Notes: generated by a model not told the origin, from the letters alone. 64,000 nucleotides of DNA from Octopus vulgaris (GCA_951406725.2 OX597828.1:5642001-5706000); one strand, 5' to 3'; shown: positions 23,966-37,154, counted from the first letter of the stretch. A program made the numbers and translations.

Positions 23966-24964
23966 TGTATTCTTTTTCTCATATCATCAAATCAGCTTGT
24001 GTTGCTCTGCAGACCAGACCGTCTGAGAGGTTATTAGTGAAATGTTTTCGTTAGTTACAGTCCGGGGTGTGAAGCGGAAACTCTAAAGTTATGTTTGTTC
24101 CCATTATCATTTAAGCATTACCGATACATTCTTTTCTGTACCTTCTGTTGTGCACTGTTCCTAAGCTCTTCACTAACTAATTTCCGAGCCATTCCTCTCT
24201 GAAAAATCTAACATATATAATTTTGCCACAGTAATGCCACTGTAATGAAATTGCATTTGCTCAAAATGAACATCAAATCTTACTTATCAGTTTCGCCAGC
24301 TTGTTGGTAACAGTGATTATGGACCTTGTGGAATATTGACACATCTCTTATTTTCCGACGAAAGGGTAAATAGATTTACGTTTACAAGCAAAAAAGATGA
24401 TCTTCCAATCCGTTTTACACATTTTATCAAAAAGCCTAGAAAGCACAATTTCTCTGTCATTCATAAACCCTAAACAGTAGTTCCACTTGATTGACAAATG
24501 CACCAACAGAGCTGCTTAATGTGTCATCAATGAGTAAGTAAAAATTATATTCATCGTGACAATTTATAGTATAAAAGGTGACATTTACAAACACCTGGCG
24601 CAAATTAGTTACACTGCAATTATGTGCATTGATTAAAAAACACCCAATTGCGTGTTTATATCTCATTGAATTGAGAAAACAATATTTTAGCTTGCTATAA
24701 TTTGTGTCTTCATTAATATATGAATAAATAATTATATAATATTGCAATAATATTCATGATAGTTATTCAGTGATCCTTAATATCCATGTTAGCAGAAATG
24801 TATAAATATCTTTGTCAATACTTGGGAGAAGTTTACGGAAACCAAAATTTTAGAAATCTCTAAAATGCTAATCGATAGATATAAAGTAGTGACACATGAA
24901 CAAAAGATCAAAGTTATTGAAAGTGCTAAGTGTTTACAATGTTGGTCAATATACATGCATAGGT

Positions 24965-24969
24965 ACATG

Positions 24970-25027
<58 letters not shown>

Positions 25028-25134
25028 GAGGGTGAAAAAATTGATATTAATTTAATCAACATCAATTTCACACCAGAGGTCTAGCATGTAAAAATCTGAA
25101 GGATCAGTAAAATTCTATTATATACATATGTATA

Positions 25135-25211
<77 letters not shown>

Positions 25212-25230
25212 ATGCATATCTATCTATCTA

Positions 25231-25279
<49 letters not shown>

Positions 25280-25360
25280 GGATGTATGTGTGTGGGTAGG
25301 TGTGCGCGTACACATGATGACAGATAGAGGGGTACACACACACACACACATATATACATA
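24965..25360. repeat. (TA)n/(TG)n/(CA)n microsatellite cluster
   Basis: Read directly. Confidence 0.9.
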
Positions 25361-25999
25361 TTGAACAGACGTTTCAGAATGCTCAATGTTAATGATGTTT
25401 CAAAATTAGTGAAATATGGATACTTATACACTATAAATTTAGACCAGACAAATCTGATATAAACGGAGATTTTCCATATTTCCCTACTTTGAGTATTATC
25501 GGTTTATTAATATCAAATAGATTTTCTGAAAACGCTAAATGAAATTATTTTATTGATACATATACTCTCGTTAGAAAAAAATGATATTTATTCTCCTATA
25601 TATATTCTCCTATATATATTTTCCTATATATACCATTTTAATAAGAAATGTAATATGTCAGACAAATAATGAATCTAAAGAATAAAGTGGTACTAGAAGT
25701 AAAATGTAACTAATAAACTTGAACTAGAATTTACAAAACGATTATCAGCAGGTCGTGCAAATGTACGTAAAACCCTAGGAAATTTATTGGCTATACGTTT
25801 CAAATTACACAATATTTTAATGTATTGTTTAGATAAGAAAATATTTTACGTAGTTTTAATTTAGACATTGCCACCTAATTACATAATAAATAAACAATAT
25901 ATTCAGAAATGAAATAACATAACAGACGAACAAATAGTATAAAACGGATTAGCATATTTTGTGCACTAGTTGAATCTTTAGAAAAACGTATGTTTTAAT

Positions 26000-26420
26000 T
26001 GATGTTGTTTCGTGTAGAAACGGAAGGGAGCAAAGTGTTATGATAGAAATACACCCACATGTTTATCTGTAGTCGCAGAGAGGTAAAAAGGCGAACAAAC
26101 GAGCTCAAATGTTCTTTTGTATTACTTGGTATTGGGATAGACGTATGATATTGAAAATCACTTCGTAAGGAACTGCATTTAGTAGTCAGAGCCTTTGTAG
26201 ACTCCGGACCTAGAGGAAGTTCCCCATTTCTCATTCATAAACTACTATGTTGCTTCATCGCCATCTTAACTGTTACTAATAGTCCCTGTATTCTGTTACA
26301 TATACTCGATCCAGATCTGCGGTCAATATATAACATCTCCGCTTTCTTCTGAACAATGGAGGCCTTAAAAGAATACAGTTTTCTCCGTTTTCTGCTTATA
26401 CCTCGAAAAACTTGCTCCAC
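26000..26420 (-). mobile_element. Possible decayed LINE RT N-terminal fragment
   Basis: ORF 25995..26234 has MRNGELPLGPES (cf. MKxGKAPGPDG) and IPIP (cf. IxPIPK). Confidence 0.3.
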
Positions 26421-28434
26421 TAAAAATTGACAAGATAAAGTTCATGTTACTACTTTTCTGTAAAACTTAGACACGTTTGTGTTTTTCTGATATGCCTTTA
26501 ATACTACTACTATTAATATTATTAGACAATTTAATTATGTAGCATCTTCATCAAATTTCTTCAATGGATGAGGAGATTGGAACTATAATCTTTATATAAG
26601 TTTCCTATGCATTAGCGATACAAGTAAAATGAAAGTGTTAATACAGAAATCAGATCACAATTACAACCGGAATTTACCAGAGATTTATGTCTCCTTCAAC
26701 CACGAATCATTAACACTTCAACTAAACTGCTCTACTGAAATGTTACGCCTCATATCTGCGGAGTTCCATACATTGCATATACCATCATATTCCCACCAAC
26801 ATAGATGTACGCTGATTGTATGCACTCGTATATGTAAAGTATATATGTGTGCGTCTGTGTGTTGGTATACCGGCATACACACGAACACACAGAAACACAC
26901 AGGGGAACATATATATGTAAATGTACAGACACACACACACGAACGCATACACACACACAAACACACACAAACGGGCACACACACATTTATAGAGATGGAT
27001 GGTGGGAGGGAAAGATGTAATTAATCTGGAAGCAAATGGAAGCAAAGCTATCACGAAATATATATACATAAGTAAAAACTAATTATAGAAACATAAGACA
27101 GAATGTATTCAATGGATTAGTTAAACTAAACTCATTGTATCCTGTACTTTATATGCATGCGCCTCCAATTGAACCTCGATGTCGTCTCTCCAGGCGAAAT
27201 TTGCGTGCTTGGCGACACGCTCACATCAACAGCTTGTGAAGACGTTGTTAAACGGAGTCCGTGTGTACACGAACGACTCAATAGAAATGTTTGCAACGTG
27301 TCGTTCGGAGTTCACTCTTCACTCTACAGAGTTTCCTACTCATTGTTATTGACAACAGAATATGTATTTTATTTTATCTCATGTATTTTAGAATGTCATT
27401 TATAGCGAAATACAACATATTAGCGTCTTTATATGTATATATATTCATTATTATTATTTTTGTTTTAATTTACCAAAGCATAAATGAAAAAGTAAATTGT
27501 TCCAATATATCTCAAACTGGTGCAGTAACGTGATGAACATGACAACGTTTATTTTTGTTGAGCCATATGATGTAACAAAAAGACGAATACAGAAAAAAAA
27601 TACGATGAATAGAATAAATGAACCGCATTTTAAAATAGTTTGCTAAAGCCAAAGGCATTACCGATTATTGTAACGATGGACAATAGTCTAGAAGGAAACC
27701 GACTTTACATAAAATGCTTCGCCAAAGGGCAAAACTGTAGGAACTTCATTAGGCGTAAAATTAAGAATGGCATTCGCTCGCACTAAATGGCTAGACTCCA
27801 AACACTACGCCTGCAGCCTAATAGATTGGTGTAAGAAAGAGAAAAAAAAAATTTGTAATGAGAGTCCAGCGCACGAACTGTGTGCGTCATTTTATGTTAA
27901 GTAGATAATATATGACATACTAACATTGTCTGATTACTTCGCAGTTGACTTACCAACGTGCGCTCACAAACATCCAACGCATAGCTACGCGCACACATAC
28001 ACGCACATGCACACACATAAACACACCAAAAATACACACACACACAGGGCTTTTACACACACACACATTAAAGTTACACCTAACAAAATACGCGTACTCA
28101 TAATTAGCCTCATGTATATCCACATACGCACGCCTGCACACAGCACAAACACACACGAATATATGAAAACACACATTGGGTAAGGAGAGACACTACACAC
28201 TAAACAGCAAAATATGCCTATAAAATCTGTATGTGACTGTAAATACATAAGCACACACAATCATTCACTCTCCCCCTCCCGCTCTGTGTCTCTCTGTTTG
28301 TATGTCTGTCTGTCTGTCTCTCTCTCTCTCTCAGACAGACACACACATATCGTATACCAAAATATCTGAGGATGGTGCGTGTACGTGCATGTGTGGTTCT
28401 TTCATGTACGCATATTATATATATATATATGCCA

Positions 28435-31400
28435 TTTTACTATGTCAAAATGTTTTAGCTGCAAAACTGCGGTCATGCCGGAGCACCACCGTTGACGGAG
28501 TTACACCATTATTTGGAACCTCCTCTGATATGTAGCATTTGGTCATTGAAGGATTTTGATGCTTCTGCCCTCATCTGTGCATCCAACCGTGATGTAGGCT
28601 CGTCTGGAAATCGTAGCAGGAAGAGATCCAGTTTTGTTTTAAAGACACTTACATCTACACTATGCAGGTGTCTCAGGCATTTTGGAAGCATATTAAAGAG
28701 CTGTGGGACCTTGAATCCCAAGCTGTTGCAGTATCTAGTCATGTATTTTGATGGCGATACTGCAATTTATGGCACTATGCAGTGGCACCCCGTTCTGCAG
28801 TTTTAATAACTTCCAATGCCAAAGTTTGGTACAAGGCCTTCTAGGATTTTCCAGATGTTTATCATTGCATATCTCTCCTGCCTTCGTTCCAAGGAGAATA
28901 GTTTTAATTCTTTAAAGCTTTCCCAGTATCTGACATGTTGCCACGAGAAGATCTTCTTCGTGTATCTTCGCTGGATTGCTTTGATTTCCGCCGTGGATTT
29001 TTTTATTGTGTGGTGACCATAGTGAGGAGCAATAGTCTAAGCGGCTGAGAACGTATGTACTCCAAAGGATCATAAATGTCTCATTTTCTCTTGTTTTGAA
29101 AGTTCGGAGGATCCATCCATCCAACCGTCTGCATTTTATTACTAAATTGGTGATATGCACTTGGAAAGATGCATCATTGCTCATGTCTATGCCCAGGTCA
29201 CACATTGATTTTGATTCAGAGATTTCAATTCCTCCTGGGCCAGTGTCTCCTGTGTGTGTGTCGTTTAGCTTTGTGTGCTGGTAGCGTAGGTCCTGGAATT
29301 TTTCTGCATTCAACTGCATGTTGTTGTCCTCAGCCCGCCTGTATATTGCGTCCATCTCCCGTTGCAGATGTACAATATTTCCATGATTTTGTATTATCTG
29401 AGAGATTTTGGTGTCATCTGCATAGCTAGCAAGGGTGGCTATCAGAGCAGCCGAAGGCATGTGTGAGAGGACCACTATGAACAGCAGTGGCCCCAAGACT
29501 GTGTCCTGTGGAACACCACTTGCTATTTGTGTTTCCTTGGAGGTGGTTCCATTGGCTTACTACACTGCCTTTAGACATGTGTGCAGCTATTCTCCGCATA
29601 TGCCGAGATCGCGAATTTTGTGACATCATACCATGACCAACTTTATCAAAGGCTTTTGCAAAGTCGAGATATATCACATCTCCGCTTGAGTCATTCAGCA
29701 GCTGTTTTAACACACAGTCGTAGTGTTGCAGGAGCGGTGTTAAACAGCTTCTACCTGGTCGAAATCCACGCTGAGTGTCAGTCGGCAAGTAATTTTCTTC
29801 TAGGAACGTGATTAGTTTCTTGCGGACTATTCGTTCCATGACTTTGCTGATGTGTGAAGTCAGCGAGATAGGCCTATAATTTTTAGCATCTGCTCTGCCT
29901 TATGGATCGGGCAAATTATCCCTTCCTCAGCTTGTCTGGGAGCATACCACTTGCAAGGAGGCTCTGGAAGAGAAGCTGCTGTGGTTTTGTAAGAGCTCGC
30001 TTGAATGATTTGTGTAGGACCACTGGGAACCCATCCGCACCAGCTGCTGAGGTTGTGTCAACCTCATCTATGACCAGTATTAAAACTTCTTCAATGTTTA
30101 TGTACTCAATTTTTTTAACTTCTTTGTTTTTAGGTAATGTGGCAAATAATTCCGCTGGTTTGTTCACGGCTGTGTTCCAGCGGAGTAGTGAACACACTGT
30201 GGAGCTGTTCGTTCAATATTTCACTTACCCTCATGGGGTTTCTGTGAGGGAGCCATGTTTTTGGAAGAGGAGTCCTATCTTGTGGCGTATTGAGGTTGTT
30301 TCTTTGGAAAACATGAAGAAAACTTAGGGTTTGACTTGATATTTCCTATAACCCAAGCTTCTTTATTTGGACTCTCCTTTTCATGAGACTGATGCAGAGG
30401 TTTCCAATAGCACGCTCTCCAGACGAGATTTCTCACCACTTTCGGAATGCTTGCTCAGGCGGTTCGCAATCTTTGTCCGTCGTCTCATAAGAGTCTTCCT
30501 TTCTCTGAGGATCCTGTTTTTGCGTATGTTGCACAATGGGACAGATTTGTCACATATGGCTTGTATTATGGACATGAAATGTCTAAATTTCATGTCAATG
30601 TCTGGTGTGGAGTGACATTTAGGCCAATCCTGACTGAGGACCTTTTTTCAATCTGCTTCCTATTTACTTTGTGAAAGTTAAGTTTGGGGAGATTCTGGAT
30701 GCTTCGCATAGGCCTCGTGTATCTGCAGGAGATTTTGGTCCATACATAGACACTTCTATTATATTGTGATCCGAGATCAGCATCGGTGTCACTTTAACAT
30801 TATGGATAACGTCCATATTGTTTGTTAAGCAGAAATCCAGTATATTATTTGCATGGTTGGTTGCAGCACAATTTCTTCCATGAAAGAGGCATTGGTAAGT
30901 TGGAGCAGGAACTCTGCTTGTGCTTGCTATTCGTGTGTCATTCCTGGGAGAGCTTGGCCTCCAGGCCATTCCATGTTTGGAAAGTTAATTCACTCAAAAT
31001 GAATACGTTAATGTTTGATGAGAACTTCTATCTTTACTAGGCAGTCTTCAAATTTACCTATATGAATCGGAGCATCTGGTGGGCGACATGTAGTACATAT
31101 AACAATATTAAGTTGTCTTATGTGTACAATTTGAGAGTCACACACTTGATTTGAATGTGACAGCAGGAGCTAGGGCGTGAGTTCCTCCCTGATGTACACA
31201 GGAACTCCACCATGGCTCCTCTCCCTTCTATCTGAGCGTATGGCAATATGTTGTGCCGTATGTATTTCTGCATCTCCTAGATCCGGTCTAAGATGCGTTT
31301 CTACAAGTGTCATGCATAAAGCTTCATTGCATGCCGCAAGGTCTCTCAGGAATTGATTTACAGTTGCCATGTAACGGCCCTCCTATATTCAAAAGGAATA

Positions 31401-32140
31401 TCTTTGTTAAGTGTATGTTGGTGTTACTGGTGGTCATCCTGTTTCTATTGTTGGTGGTGGTCTTGTGTGTTGGCGTGCGTAGTTTCTGGGTTGGGTTTGA
31501 AGCCAGGTTAGTTGCTGGACAATTTTTTGTACTATGGGTGAAGCTGGCCGTTTGCTGGGCCCCGCACCACTTATCGTCTTTTGGAAGTAGACAATGTGCT
31601 ATCTTTACTTCTTTGGCACCTTTCCTTTTGTTTTCGTGGAAGGAAGTGTTGTCTGCGGCCCATGTGGTTTAGGAAGGACTTACGGTGTGCAAACAACAGT
31701 TTGCACCATCATCACTGTACGAGCAGTGTCATTGCAGGTAGAATTTTCAAGTGCTTCTGCTTTTGCGCTTCCAACTCCTGTAGTTTCTGTTAAGGGTCCT
31801 GCATTTCGTATCAGCATTTTCGGCTGTTCTTCTTTCCTTTCTTTGACTTTTCTTTCTTCTTGGCTTTTGGTAGCTTTTGTTTTGTTGGATTCGTCTTCAT
31901 CTTTTCCTCTTTGGGCTCTCACACCTCTTTAGTCTTCTGACACGTTAGGGGCCGAACCATTATCATTGTTTCCCTCATTTGCAGGCCCTTCAGACGTGGA
32001 TTTTGTTTTGTTCTTTCGAGGGATTGTTGGGCCCTGGAGGTTTCTCCCATCTTTTTTGTCATCCTTGGGGCAGTTTCCTCCCAGGATGATGTCGAGTGTG
32101 TTTATATGCTGTCTAATTGGAGCATAAGAACGGAGTAATT
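28435..32140 (-). mobile_element. Near full-length decayed APE-RT LINE (CR1/Jockey group): ORF1 with CCCH finger, endonuclease, RT, short 3' UTR
   Basis: APE: ETHL..RSDRRERSHGGV.VYI and NILD..LTNN..SDHNII. RT: GADG, KNYRPISLTSHISKVMERIVR, GFRPGRSCLT.LL, DVIYLDFAKAFDKV, GPLLFI, YADDTK, DLGI. C-terminal: GWILRTFKTR..SRLDYCS.LWSP and LFN.LP..FKTKLD.FL..PDEP. Many frameshifts and stops. Confidence 0.95.
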
Positions 32141-32151
32141 CACGTTATATA

Positions 32152-32252
32152 AATACGGCGGGGTTCTTTCGGCATCCGTCTCTTAAATACACTCACAAAG
32201 CTTTGGTCAGCCCGAGGGTATAGTAGAAAACAGTGTCGCAAGGTGCCACGCA
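32152..32252 (-). mobile_element. CORE-type SINE (family A), 5'-half fragment abutting the LINE 5' end
   Basis: actcacaaagctttggtcagcccgagggtatagtagaa..caaggtgccacgca matches 20430-20491. Confidence 0.85.
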
Positions 32253-32363
32253 CATATATATATATAATATATACAAATATATATTTATACAATCCGATGT
32301 CGAATTCTACCTAATTACATTTATACGTATAGAGATTATTGTTGAACACATCTCCACCGTGTA

Positions 32364-32408
<45 letters not shown>

Positions 32409-33329
32409 TCACACACGTACGCAGACACACAGACGCACATACAGACACAAACACACATATTCACACTACATATTGTGTGTGTTCATATCTGTTTGCATGT
32501 GTGCATATATATATATATGTTTCTGCTTTTCGGTATCGCTGTATGATTATGAGTGAATGTTTTATATTTGATAAAAAGAAGAAAATAGGTATGGCAACCA
32601 CGTAAAATTTCCATCCGTTTCTCTTGTATATATTTACAATCCTTTGATCGCTTATAAAACCTATTTAAATATAGTGATTTATTTTCTGATTATCTGACGA
32701 TAATTATATCATTATCCATGTAGATATTCAAATAGACACTTAATGCCTATATCTTAAATGCGACGCTTTAGAACTCCAGTTTGATCAATCAATAGATATG
32801 TCAATTAGGATATCAATGGATTAACAGCAACTCCCTCACTGTTGTGATGTAACAACACCTATCGTTATGATGTGAAATATATAGCCTATAAAGGACAAAT
32901 GTGTCATCGAAATATTTTACTATGTGCCTACGCTTTTTTATTGTAGGTGAGATATGGGATTCTATATATTTTAGTAAGTACAGCACTAAACGGAAATAGG
33001 TAAAATATGCGTATATACAGCCTTGTGAAGATGAGATAATTGACCATTCATTGGATTACTGTTTTTGAGCACGAAGGTCATGATACTAGGAAATGTAAAT
33101 ATGTAAGGTCCTTGCCTCCTTTACAAACTATCCCATGATATATTTTTCACTCGAGATATGTATTGAACACGCTACATTTTACTTATAAAAGTAATTTCTT
33201 TCACATCATATATCCAAAATTATGTTTACTTATCTCCTTATCACTAACCCTCACTCATTCATACTCTCTCTCTCTCTTTCGCTCTCTGGACATATACATA
33301 CATACACACATAAATACACACAAACACAC

Positions 33330-33421
33330 AAGTCTGGGTTCGGCCCGAAGCTATAGTAGTAAATACTTTCCCAAGGTGCGATGCAGTCGGACCAAACCAG
33401 AACCACCCAGCTACGCCTGCG
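33330..33421 (-). mobile_element. CORE-type SINE (family A) head fragment
   Basis: tcggcccgaagctatagtag..actttcccaaggtgcgatgcagt..aaccagaacc..cagctacgcctgcg. Confidence 0.75.
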
Positions 33422-33509
33422 TGTATGATTTATATATTCAATTTCAGGAGCATACAAGTCGGTAAACAGAACAATCTGAAATTCATGGTCGAAAGACAAA
33501 GGCATTCTA

Positions 33510-33650
33510 ACACCACCAACAACGCAGGCAGCACCATCACCAACATTACCATCTCCACCAACACCAAAAGCGTGTCACCACCACCACCAACAACAACAAC
33601 GACGACACTAAAACAGTTCCACCATCACCACCATCAGAACCATCAGGACC
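33510..33650. repeat. (CAC/CAA)n degenerate trinucleotide tract
   Basis: Read directly. Confidence 0.8.
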
Positions 33651-34725
33651 GTAATCATGGGTATCGCAGTGTCTGTCTTTGTTTATGTTTAATCTCCGTC
33701 AGATTCTTCAGTTATTTATGTTGCGTATATTTTCCCATTAACATAGCGGGTCAATTAAGGATGATCTCATAAATAGGCAGCAGACTGTTAATTATAATTA
33801 GGCCAATACTGGTTTATTAAGAGTATCATGAGCATGATCCGGCATGTCCGAAAATTAACAAAACTACCCATATAGATGGAATAATAACATCCGTCCCTTA
33901 CGTGCACCTACGTCATTGTGTCCACTTTATTTCCGACCTTGAAGAAGATATCTACATTTGTCCCAGTGTCAAGATGTTATTTTAATGGATTCTTTAAAGA
34001 TCTATAACTCGTTCTCCCTATGTTATGTGCATCTGTCGTTAGTACGTTCAATGAAACTAAATGATAAAGCCTGGAAGTATATAGGATCCATGGCACAATG
34101 ACACATTGTCAGCCTTCAAACATGATGTAGGATAGAGGTATCAAAAATTGCATCCATTCCTCTCACGTATACTAAAGAGAGATAAAATGTTATCTCAATG
34201 TAGGGCACTGTATTGCGATAACATTGATCATTATTTAAGTTGTCTTTTGTTTTCTGAATTATATTACATAATGATTCACTGAGCCTGATTTGAACCTTTT
34301 CGGACATTTGAAGCGATAAACATAGCCAAAGCTATTGAAGGTATCATTTCTATGTGTAAGAGAGATAAGGCTTTAACAAGGTTTGTCACATGGGATATAT
34401 TTTCTCTAAACGCAACCTCACCGAAATAAAAATTGGCATTCGGAAGTAACTGAAAAAATTGTTACTTCCGCAGGTCAATATTCGAGAAGACTTGAAAGCC
34501 ACAAATACTGTCTGGGATTAAAAAACAGACATAGTAAAGTATATTTCATAGGTTGGACATCATGTTACATATGGTGCTAGTTTGCACCGTTTACCCTATT
34601 AAGCAATATTAGTAGATCATTTGTGGACGCATTATAACAAACGTGATTGTAACTAAAATAGACTCAACACTGTTGAGGAAAGAGAATCCGGTTATGCAAT
34701 ATTTTACATTATTTATCAATGTTCA

Positions 34726-34980
34726 TTATTATTATTAAGTGAGAGAGTAGTGCATGTCATCAAAGTGACATGGGGTGCAAATATACGAAGCCAAGTATAC
34801 CCATCATGACTACCTGTCTTATAAGAGAGGTAGTCATGCTTAACAAATGTATGTGCCTGACATAGCGATTCCATATCAAGGTAAATGACGCGTGGTCTTG
34901 CAGGTAGGGCCCAGTTAGAAATTTCTTCAGGTCGGGTATCTCATCCCACCCAAAAGGTCTCTGGATAAAGGGTTTTTTTA
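34726..34980 (-). mobile_element. Probable non-coding 3' end of a retroelement ending in a short (TAA)n tail
   Basis: A GC-richer non-coding block starts immediately after attattattatt, the same tail geometry as the Dong-like copies. Family not established. Confidence 0.45.
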
Positions 34981-35082
34981 AAATTATTTAACGATGCAGT
35001 TTTCTCATATGTCTCTAATATGTCTCTATTATTAATATTATTAGACAATTTAATTATGTGCCATCTTCATTAAATTTCTTCA

Positions 35083-35294
35083 CAGGAAACTTTTCGCACA
35101 GTTTCCAATGGATCACGTCCGTTACTTGGTCATATCGCCACACCTTGTAGTTGTTTGGGACACGTCTAGGCCATTCTTTCGTGATATGAACAATGGTTTC
35201 ATCCACCCTATTGCAAATGCGGCACAGCGGAGACATTTGTTCATTCTTAAGGTTGACTCTCCGTTTGAGGCCAACGCATGGTCTTGCGCTACCA
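35083..35294 (-). mobile_element. R4/Dong-like LINE fragment (CCHC knuckle)
   Basis: MVAQDHALASN, then ORF 35054..35236 PLCRICNRVDETIVHI...YDQV..IHWKLC. The 5' end abuts (TAA)n. Confidence 0.85.
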
Positions 35295-35398
<104 letters not shown>

Positions 35399-36310
35399 AT
35401 GGTTTCCTTTCATTTAACTTTATTTCAATTGCCTTGGTACCGGGAATCCCCCGGAGGCCTGGCGAAGCAAAAGCACTTTTGTTTTGCTATGCATGCTAAT
35501 ATTATCACCACATTTATTCCACTTTAGTTGGTTAGTGCTTTCCGTAGTATGTGGGCTGTACCTATCAAGGTTCTCCTTTGTAGTTCACGGAAATTGGAGT
35601 TACCAGGATGTTGCTTAATATACTTCCCCCGCTCCCTTCTTTATCATGCCCAATGCACCAATTACTACTGGTATTATAGCAGTACTAAGCTTCCATATAT
35701 TTGTTGTTTCAAGTTACAGACATTTATAGTGAGAAAGCCTTCCACATTCATTTCTCGAGACGTTTTGGTCTTGTGGGACAGACATATCTATTAATAGACA
35801 AGTTCCTCTGTTGTAGTTCTTGATCACAGTGTCTTGTCAATTGGAGTCAATTTTTCTGTCTGTATTGGGAAATTCCAAAGGATGGTGACGCCCGCGCCAT
35901 TTACTATATCCTCTAGATGGTACCTGTACAACTTATTATGAAATTTAATTTTGTAGTACTTACAAGCATTCCATTGGGTGTACTGCTCTAGTCTGTCCTG
36001 TCTTCAGCGAGGACTAGGCAGCTAGAAACAACATAATCAATTGTCTCTGTGAATATTCCACAAATTCTGCATGAGGAGTCACATCCATCTTTAAGAACGT
36101 TTGCATGGTAGTTTCTGGCAGGAAGCTCTGATCTTGCACTGTAATAAAATAAATCTTCTGTTTTCCCTTTCAGACCTGTCCTTTGTAGCCATTTGTGTCT
36201 TAGAGTTTGATCAATATCTGGCTTGTACAGGCGGTTACGGTATTTTCTATGCAGCCGTTTACCTTCCCAGGTGTCTTCGATATTATTTATGGAAGCCTTC
36301 ACTGTTTATT
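35399..36310 (-). mobile_element. R4/Dong-like LINE 3' fragment (CCHC plus REL) with (TAA)n tail
   Basis: ORF 35988..36302 W..K.LH.KY..WL..GLK..RNYH..CRICG..ETID.VVSSC.VLA. Downstream come IL-W-NF..TDRK, GALG and GTAHILRKAL*, then a 3' UTR and the tail. Confidence 0.9.
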
Positions 36311-37154
36311 GTATAACATTTGTATTGTATAACAGGGCAATATAATATGAAAGTTGGTTTGTTTTATCATGCCAGTGTTCATGCTAAAAATATATACTAT
36401 CTATGGAAGCAAATGTTAATAGCAAGAAAAGTACCAATTTGTGATTGACGAATGTTAGTATAACAGCCAAATACATATCTCATTGACACTGTATAGTAAA
36501 CACCCATCGATGTATTTTAAGACACTAATAATAGATAAATTCGTGGATAAACTTTATGTAGTTCGATACTGGATTGACATAATCATGACTGTAAATAATT
36601 ACATGCTATATTTTTAGTAAATAGCTTGTATCTGATTTTTCGAAAACTTAATGTTCCTTACCGTACCATAATTTACATTATATTAATTAGATAATTACGA
36701 TGAAGATAACGTTTTCGTATAGTAATGAGCTATTCAGAATAAAAGATATGAACCATATTATTTTCGCGTAGAACGGGTCGTAAAGATTAGTTGGTTTTCT
36801 ATGTGGTAGTGGCAATAAAGTTATTTTACCTAATGGATCCTGTCTTAAAGTTTTAGCGTTCAGATTACACTGACATAGCATTGAATTTATAAAGCATTAT
36901 CTCGTAGTGTCTATTTTTAGAATGACTTTCTAATGCTGCTGTAACCGGACAAATCTGTCTGGTTCGAAGGTGAAACAGGTAAAATAATTTTCCAGATAAG
37001 GCCAGTTTAAATGCTAAAAGGTACTCTACATCCTTCATCAAACTTTCGCTGGATTAATCATTGTCTCTCTATTAATCAATGTAGACTATATATCATCTTC
37101 AAATACAGCCAACGTCATTTTCCTAGTATAGCGCACGTACTTGTAGATATATGT

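Noticed and set aside
33830-34700. Minus-strand RTE-like RT remnant (G..G..LAPY, FGH)
   Set aside because: Plausible but supported by only two weak motifs; left uncalled.
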